This document shows positions 59,530-64,000 of a stretch of 64,000 bases of DNA, in pieces. The notes below the pieces were generated by a model. That model was given only the letters and a program-made list of their open reading frames with translations. It did no database searches and was not told where the DNA came from. The position numbers and the translations under genes were made by a program. The stretch lies in assembly GCA_964535955.1 (NCBI GenBank), contig CAZHVK010000002.1, forward strand, positions 8,122 to 72,121. Direction: 5' to 3'. The stretch is from an uncultured Methanosarcinales archaeon. Its GTDB lineage: Archaea; Nanobdellota; Nanobdellia; Woesearchaeales; CAXGTL01. Numbering within the stretch: position 1 is the first letter of the stretch; every line of letters begins with the position of its first letter.

Positions 59530-60147
59530 TTATTCTCCTCCTTTAGGTACATAAATAGAATCAAAAACAAATGCCCTTAAATCATCATCTTTGTAAATAG
59601 CATTTATCATTGCATTTAAATTACCAGCATCTCTTGGATTTATTGCTTTTCTTAATTCCATAATTTCATCAGGTGTAACATCCCTTCCATAATTAAACAC
59701 AAGTTCTCTTAATTTGTAAAAAGTTTCCTTGATTTCAGCAACCCTTTCATCAACAGGAGCTTTTTCTTGTTCATTTCCTTGTACTCTTTCTGCAAGCAGA
59801 GTTGTTTCAACTGCTATATATTTTAATCTTAAAATTAATTCATCATTACTAACACCAGGAACTTCTAATATTGCAACCTTTTTTTCAGGTGTTTTAGATT
59901 TAGCAGTAACTTTAGGAACAACACTTTCTTTAGATTGTATGTTACCTCTATATTCATCAGGTATTGCAAGAACTTCTTCTAATTTAGATAATGTATCTTC
60001 ATCAGGTCGATATTCATTACTTTCATATCCACCAATAGTACTTTTAGCTTTATCTACAAGTGAACCTAATTTGATCTGAGAAATACCTTTTTGTTTCCTA
60101 AAATATTTTATTTTTTCCCCTAATGTGTTAAATTCTAAATCTGACAT
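59530..60147 (-). CDS. XRE-family HTH protein with unknown C-terminal domain
   Basis: LGEKIKYFRKQKGISQIKLG...STIGGYESNEYRP; stop is 1 nt from the GHKL start. Confidence 0.85.
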   Translation of the reverse strand: MSDLEFNTLGEKIKYFRKQKGISQIKLGSLVDKAKSTIGGYESNEYRPDEDTLSKLEEVLAIPDEYRGNIQSKESVVPKVTAKSKTPEKKVAILEVPGVSNDELILRLKYIAVETTLLAERVQGNEQEKAPVDERVAEIKETFYKLRELVFNYGRDVTPDEIMELRKAINPRDAGNLNAMINAIYKDDDLRAFVFDSIYVPKGGE

Positions 60148-60243
60148 ATAATCCCCTCAATTATTATATAGTAAACAGAAATGGTATATAAAGGTTTCTA
60201 TTGTTTACTACTGAGAAATAGTTAAATCATTTGTTCTTTAGCA

Positions 60244-60903
60244 TTAATTGATTTTTTTACCCAAATAAACAAAGTGTTTTGTTGGCAAAGGCGCTCTTGA
60301 CCAATTTTGACTTTTTAATCCTGCTCTAGAAAAAAGACAATCAACCCCTTTATTTCGCATGATCTGAATACAATCATCTAAACCAAAACTTGTATGCATT
60401 CTATATGATTCTAGATCTCCTAATAATTCCCTTTCTCTTTGTTCAATTCTTATATATCCCCATCTTTGATAAAATTCATCATAAGACATGCTTTTCATAT
60501 CATAATCAACAACTCCAATAAACCCTCTTAATCTTAAAAAAGATAATGCTTCATCAATTAGTTCATTAGGGTTTTCATGCAAAACAGCTAATGCAAAAAC
60601 AAAATCAAAAACAAAACTAGGTTTAGTATGTGTAAATATAACATCAAAATATTCATCAAATCTTTTTGAAGATGTTTTCTCTATAATTGCACCAATAGCA
60701 TTAGAACGCTCTTTTATAGATTGTATTTTTTCTTGATTTTTATCATACGCAGTTACTTGTGTATTTCCTAAATATCTATTAACCATAACAGGAAAAAAAC
60801 TATCACCAGATCCAAAAACCAAAGCATTATTGATAGGATCATAGTTATCTAATTCCTTTAAAACAAGTCCTGGAATAAGTCCTTCAATAGCATCTTCTCT
60901 CAT
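60244..60903 (-). CDS. Class I SAM-dependent methyltransferase
   Basis: LVFGSGDS, TAYD, FALAVLHE, GFIGVVDY. Confidence 0.75.
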   Translation of the reverse strand: MREDAIEGLIPGLVLKELDNYDPINNALVFGSGDSFFPVMVNRYLGNTQVTAYDKNQEKIQSIKERSNAIGAIIEKTSSKRFDEYFDVIFTHTKPSFVFDFVFALAVLHENPNELIDEALSFLRLRGFIGVVDYDMKSMSYDEFYQRWGYIRIEQRERELLGDLESYRMHTSFGLDDCIQIMRNKGVDCLFSRAGLKSQNWSRAPLPTKHFVYLGKKIN

Positions 60904-60965
60904 AACATATTGGGAAAACCAGAACTATAAAAAGATATTTAAACTAAACAATATAAATAAAGTTT

Positions 60966-61499
60966 ATGAAAGTAATCATAGTAACAGGCTCACCAGGAAC
61001 TGGTAAAACAAAACTAGCTAAGAAACTAGCAAAACAAAAACACTATGAATACATTAATGTATCTAAGCTAGTCAAAAATGGAAAACTTTATGATTATTAT
61101 GACAGGAAAAGAAGAACATATGTTGTTGATACTAAAAAACTTAACAAATTTCTTATTGAAATAATAAAAATGTATAAATGTAATAAGCATCCAGCCCTTA
61201 CTAAGTCAGGGGTGGGTGGCCGGGTGGCTGGAAGGTGGGCTAATAAAAAAGATAAAGTCAAAGGCATAATCATAGACTCTCACATGTCACATTACCTACC
61301 AAAGAAGTATGTTAATCTGTGCATTGTGACAAAATGCAACCTAAAACAACTAAAAACAAGACTTAAAAGAAGAAAATACAACAAAGCAAAGATCAGAGAA
61401 AACTTAGATTGTGAGATATTTGATGTATGTTTAACAGAAGCAAAAGAAAAAGACCATAAAATAAAAATAATTGATACAAGTAAAACCCAAAAAAGCTGA
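60966..61499 (+). CDS. Adenylate kinase AK6/Fap7 family with an in-frame G-tract insertion
   Basis: VTGSPGTGKT, IIDSH, RLKRRKY...KIRENLDCEI. Confidence 0.9.
   Translation: MKVIIVTGSPGTGKTKLAKKLAKQKHYEYINVSKLVKNGKLYDYYDRKRRTYVVDTKKLNKFLIEIIKMYKCNKHPALTKSGVGGRVAGRWANKKDKVKGIIIDSHMSHYLPKKYVNLCIVTKCNLKQLKTRLKRRKYNKAKIRENLDCEIFDVCLTEAKEKDHKIKIIDTSKTQKS
61191..61239 (+). repeat. G-tract dispersed element, copy 8 (intragenic)
   Basis: CCAGCC...AGGGGTGGGTGGCCGGGTGGCTGGAAGGTGGG. Confidence 0.85.
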
Positions 61500-61542
61500 A
61501 AGCTTTTTGGGCCCAAAAAATCTCTGATTTTTTTGGGAAAAG
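61500..61542. repeat. REP-like palindrome, inverted copy of 29435-29480
   Basis: GGGCCCAAAAAATCTCTGATTTTTTTGGGAAA between convergent stop codons. Confidence 0.7.
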
Positions 61543-61554
61543 AAAAAATAAAAA

Positions 61555-61998
61555 CTATTCTTTTGGTTCTAGTTCTATTATTTCTTTTAACTTGTTCAGA
61601 TCTTCTATTCTTCCATGTTCTTTGTACTCAACATATGCATCTTTAACAATATTATCAAAAGGTTTTATTCCTGTTACATCAATTGCATCTTTTAAAACAT
61701 TTAATCTTTGTCCACCATTATGCATATAAAGCGAATACATCATCTGAACATATCCATTTACATCTTTTGGTAACTCAGGTTTTACTCCTGTTAATTCTTG
61801 CATTTGTATCAATGTATAAGGAAAACCAAAATAACCATTCCTAACATGTTTAACATATGCGCTTTTGATTAAATTTTCATCTAATTCAGGTTTAATTCCT
61901 GTATTCTCATATGTCATAAGCAAATCAAATATATTTCCACTTTCTGCATACTTAAGGTAATCTTCCTGAATTTTTTTTATTAAATCTTGTTTTTCCAT
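61555..61998 (-). CDS. Small helical-repeat protein (TG[IV]KP repeats)
   Basis: NTGIKPEL, LTGVKPEL, VTGIKPF; SD GAGGTG before MEKQD. Confidence 0.75.
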   Translation of the reverse strand: MEKQDLIKKIQEDYLKYAESGNIFDLLMTYENTGIKPELDENLIKSAYVKHVRNGYFGFPYTLIQMQELTGVKPELPKDVNGYVQMMYSLYMHNGGQRLNVLKDAIDVTGIKPFDNIVKDAYVEYKEHGRIEDLNKLKEIIELEPKE

Positions 61999-62142
61999 TT
62001 TATTCCACCTCGAATTTTTAATACTCATAGTAGGGATGTTTTACTACACATTAATAGTAATAAAATGAATATATTAATCTTTGTCGTACCAAATTAGTAC
62101 GAAAACCAAACAATTATATACTAAAACACATTAAATCAATAC

Positions 62143-62889
62143 ATGAACACAGAAATACTAAGAAAAATAGGCTTAACAGACAATGAGATAAAGATTTACA
62201 TCACACTGCTAAAAATAGGCTCAGCAACAGCATATCAAATAAGCCAAAAAACCAATATATACAGAGTACATGTATATGACAAACTAGAACAATTGATGAA
62301 TAAAGGCCTTGTAACACATGTTCATAAAGGTGCTAAAAAATACTTCCAAGCAACACACCCGCACAAGATAAAACAATATCTAGAAGATAAAAGACAAAAC
62401 CTAGAACAACAAGAAAAACAACTAAACAAAGTATTGCCACAACTAGTACAATTAACAAAATTACCAAGAGAAGACACATTTGTTGAGATATTCAAAGGAA
62501 AGCAAGGATTAAAATACTTTTTAAAAGACATAATAAAAACAGCAAAACAAGTAATGATAACAGGAATCGATGATCAAAAATATAATGAAACTATTCCAAT
62601 ATTTATGAAACAATATTTTAGAGATATAAGAAACAAGAATATTAAAGAAAGAGTAATAACATTGAAAAAAAAGAATGTATTTAAGTTCGGTAAAACAATG
62701 GCACCAACAACAGAATACAAATATTTAGAAGAAAAACAATTCAATCCAACAAACACCTTTATCTACCAAAACAAAGTTGTAATTGTTTCATGGGGTACTC
62801 CTGTAACAGCAATAATGATTAAGAACAATGAAATTGCTGAAACATATAAACATCATTTTGAATTTCTCTGGAATATTGCTGAGAAATAA
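62143..62889 (+). CDS. TrmB family transcriptional regulator
   Basis: IGLTDNEIKIYITLL...HVYDKLEQLMNKGLV; PLD-like sensor domain (IYQNKVVIVSW). Confidence 0.9.
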   Translation: MNTEILRKIGLTDNEIKIYITLLKIGSATAYQISQKTNIYRVHVYDKLEQLMNKGLVTHVHKGAKKYFQATHPHKIKQYLEDKRQNLEQQEKQLNKVLPQLVQLTKLPREDTFVEIFKGKQGLKYFLKDIIKTAKQVMITGIDDQKYNETIPIFMKQYFRDIRNKNIKERVITLKKKNVFKFGKTMAPTTEYKYLEEKQFNPTNTFIYQNKVVIVSWGTPVTAIMIKNNEIAETYKHHFEFLWNIAEK

Positions 62890-62945
62890 TATATACATCA
62901 AAACAAACAAAAACTTAAATACTAAACCAATTCTCAAATACAATC

Positions 62946-64000
62946 ATGAAAGCAATTGCAGTCTACCCAGGAAAACCAAACTCATTGCACCTAAGAGATG
63001 AACCAATACCAAAAATAAATGATAATGAAGTTCTTGTCAGGGTTTATCAAGCAGGAGTTTGCAGAACAGACATTGAGATTAATGATGGAGGATATGGAGA
63101 ACCACCAAAAGATCAAGATTACTTAATTCTTGGACACGAATCAGGAGGCATTGTTGAAAAAGTAGGCAAAAATGTAAAAGAATTAAACATAGGAGATTAT
63201 GTTTCAAGAATAGTAAGAAGAGAATGTGGTTTAGATAAATGCATAAATTGTTATAATAATGAAAGTGATATGTGTTTAACAGGAAATTTTACAGAATCTG
63301 GAATAAAACAAGTACATGGAACAATGGCTGAATATTTCAAAGATAGACCACAATACTTAGTAAAGATTCCACAACAAATAACACATTTGGGAATATTACT
63401 TGAACCACAAAGTGTTGTTGAAAAAGTACTCAGACAAATATATTCAATACAAAGCAGATTCCATGCATGTGATTCTGAAACAGCTCTTGTCATAGGAGCA
63501 GGACCAATTGGTTTGTTACAAGCAATGTTATTAAGAGAAAGAGGATTAAACACATATGTTATTGCAAGAAGTGAACCAGGAAATCTTAAATCACAGATAG
63601 TTGAACAAACAGGTGCTCATTACATTAGTACAAAACAAACTTCTTTACACGATTTAAAAGAAATAATAACAACAAAAGACAAAAACATAGATATGATAGT
63701 AGAAGCATCTGGAAGTTATAAAATGGTTGCACAATCAATAGAAATCTTAGGCACTAATGGCATTCTTTGCTTGACAAGCATAACAGATGGTAAAGAAGAA
63801 TTAAACATGCCGGTTGCACAGATCAATTTTGATTTTGTTCTAGAAAATAAAACTATGTTTGGTATTGTTAATGCAAATTCTGATGATTGGGATGAAGCTG
63901 TAAAAAGTTTACAAGGATTCAGGAAAAGATGGCCTGGAGCACTTGAACAAATGATAACAAAAAAGGTTAAGCCAGAACAATATGAACAAGCTTTTGAAAA
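62946..64000 (+). CDS. gdh: Zn-dependent glucose 1-dehydrogenase (3'-partial; not in ORF track)
   Basis: MKAIAVYPGKPNS, GVCRTD, LGHESGG, GAGPIGLL, VFGIVNA; runs off the window end. Confidence 0.88.
   Translation, partial: MKAIAVYPGKPNSLHLRDEPIPKINDNEVLVRVYQAGVCRTDIEINDGGYGEPPKDQDYLILGHESGGIVEKVGKNVKELNIGDYVSRIVRRECGLDKCINCYNNESDMCLTGNFTESGIKQVHGTMAEYFKDRPQYLVKIPQQITHLGILLEPQSVVEKVLRQIYSIQSRFHACDSETALVIGAGPIGLLQAMLLRERGLNTYVIARSEPGNLKSQIVEQTGAHYISTKQTSLHDLKEIITTKDKNIDMIVEASGSYKMVAQSIEILGTNGILCLTSITDGKEELNMPVAQINFDFVLENKTMFGIVNANSDDWDEAVKSLQGFRKRWPGALEQMITKKVKPEQYEQAFE

Overview
AT-rich archaeal chromosomal segment, most likely DPANN (Woesearchaeales-like). This is inferred from archaeal informational genes (cdc48, rpo6, rpo12, pcn, rpl37ae, pcc1, pfdB, archaeal TyrRS/TrpRS, smc), GGTGA/GAGGTG Shine-Dalgarno motifs and BHB-intron tRNAs. 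It opens with two paralogous giant secreted YD/Tc-toxin-like proteins. Housekeeping genes follow, interleaved with accessory ORFs, an intein-containing HerA-like ATPase, a free-standing LAGLIDADG endonuclease overlapping tRNA-iMet, and an XRE-HTH + MORC-type GHKL ATPase module. Main non-coding signals: (1) all six tRNA genes carry introns (12 in total, 9 at non-canonical positions, most with clear BHB motifs); (2) a dispersed ~35-55 bp G-tract element, about 8 copies, is always G-rich on the + strand regardless of gene orientation, has G-quadruplex-like spacing, and sits in-frame inside adenylate kinase once; (3) a perfect 98-bp tandem duplication adjoins tRNA-Ile and ends in the tRNA's own 5' 12 nt. 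All annotations are by eye from motifs; no database searches were run.
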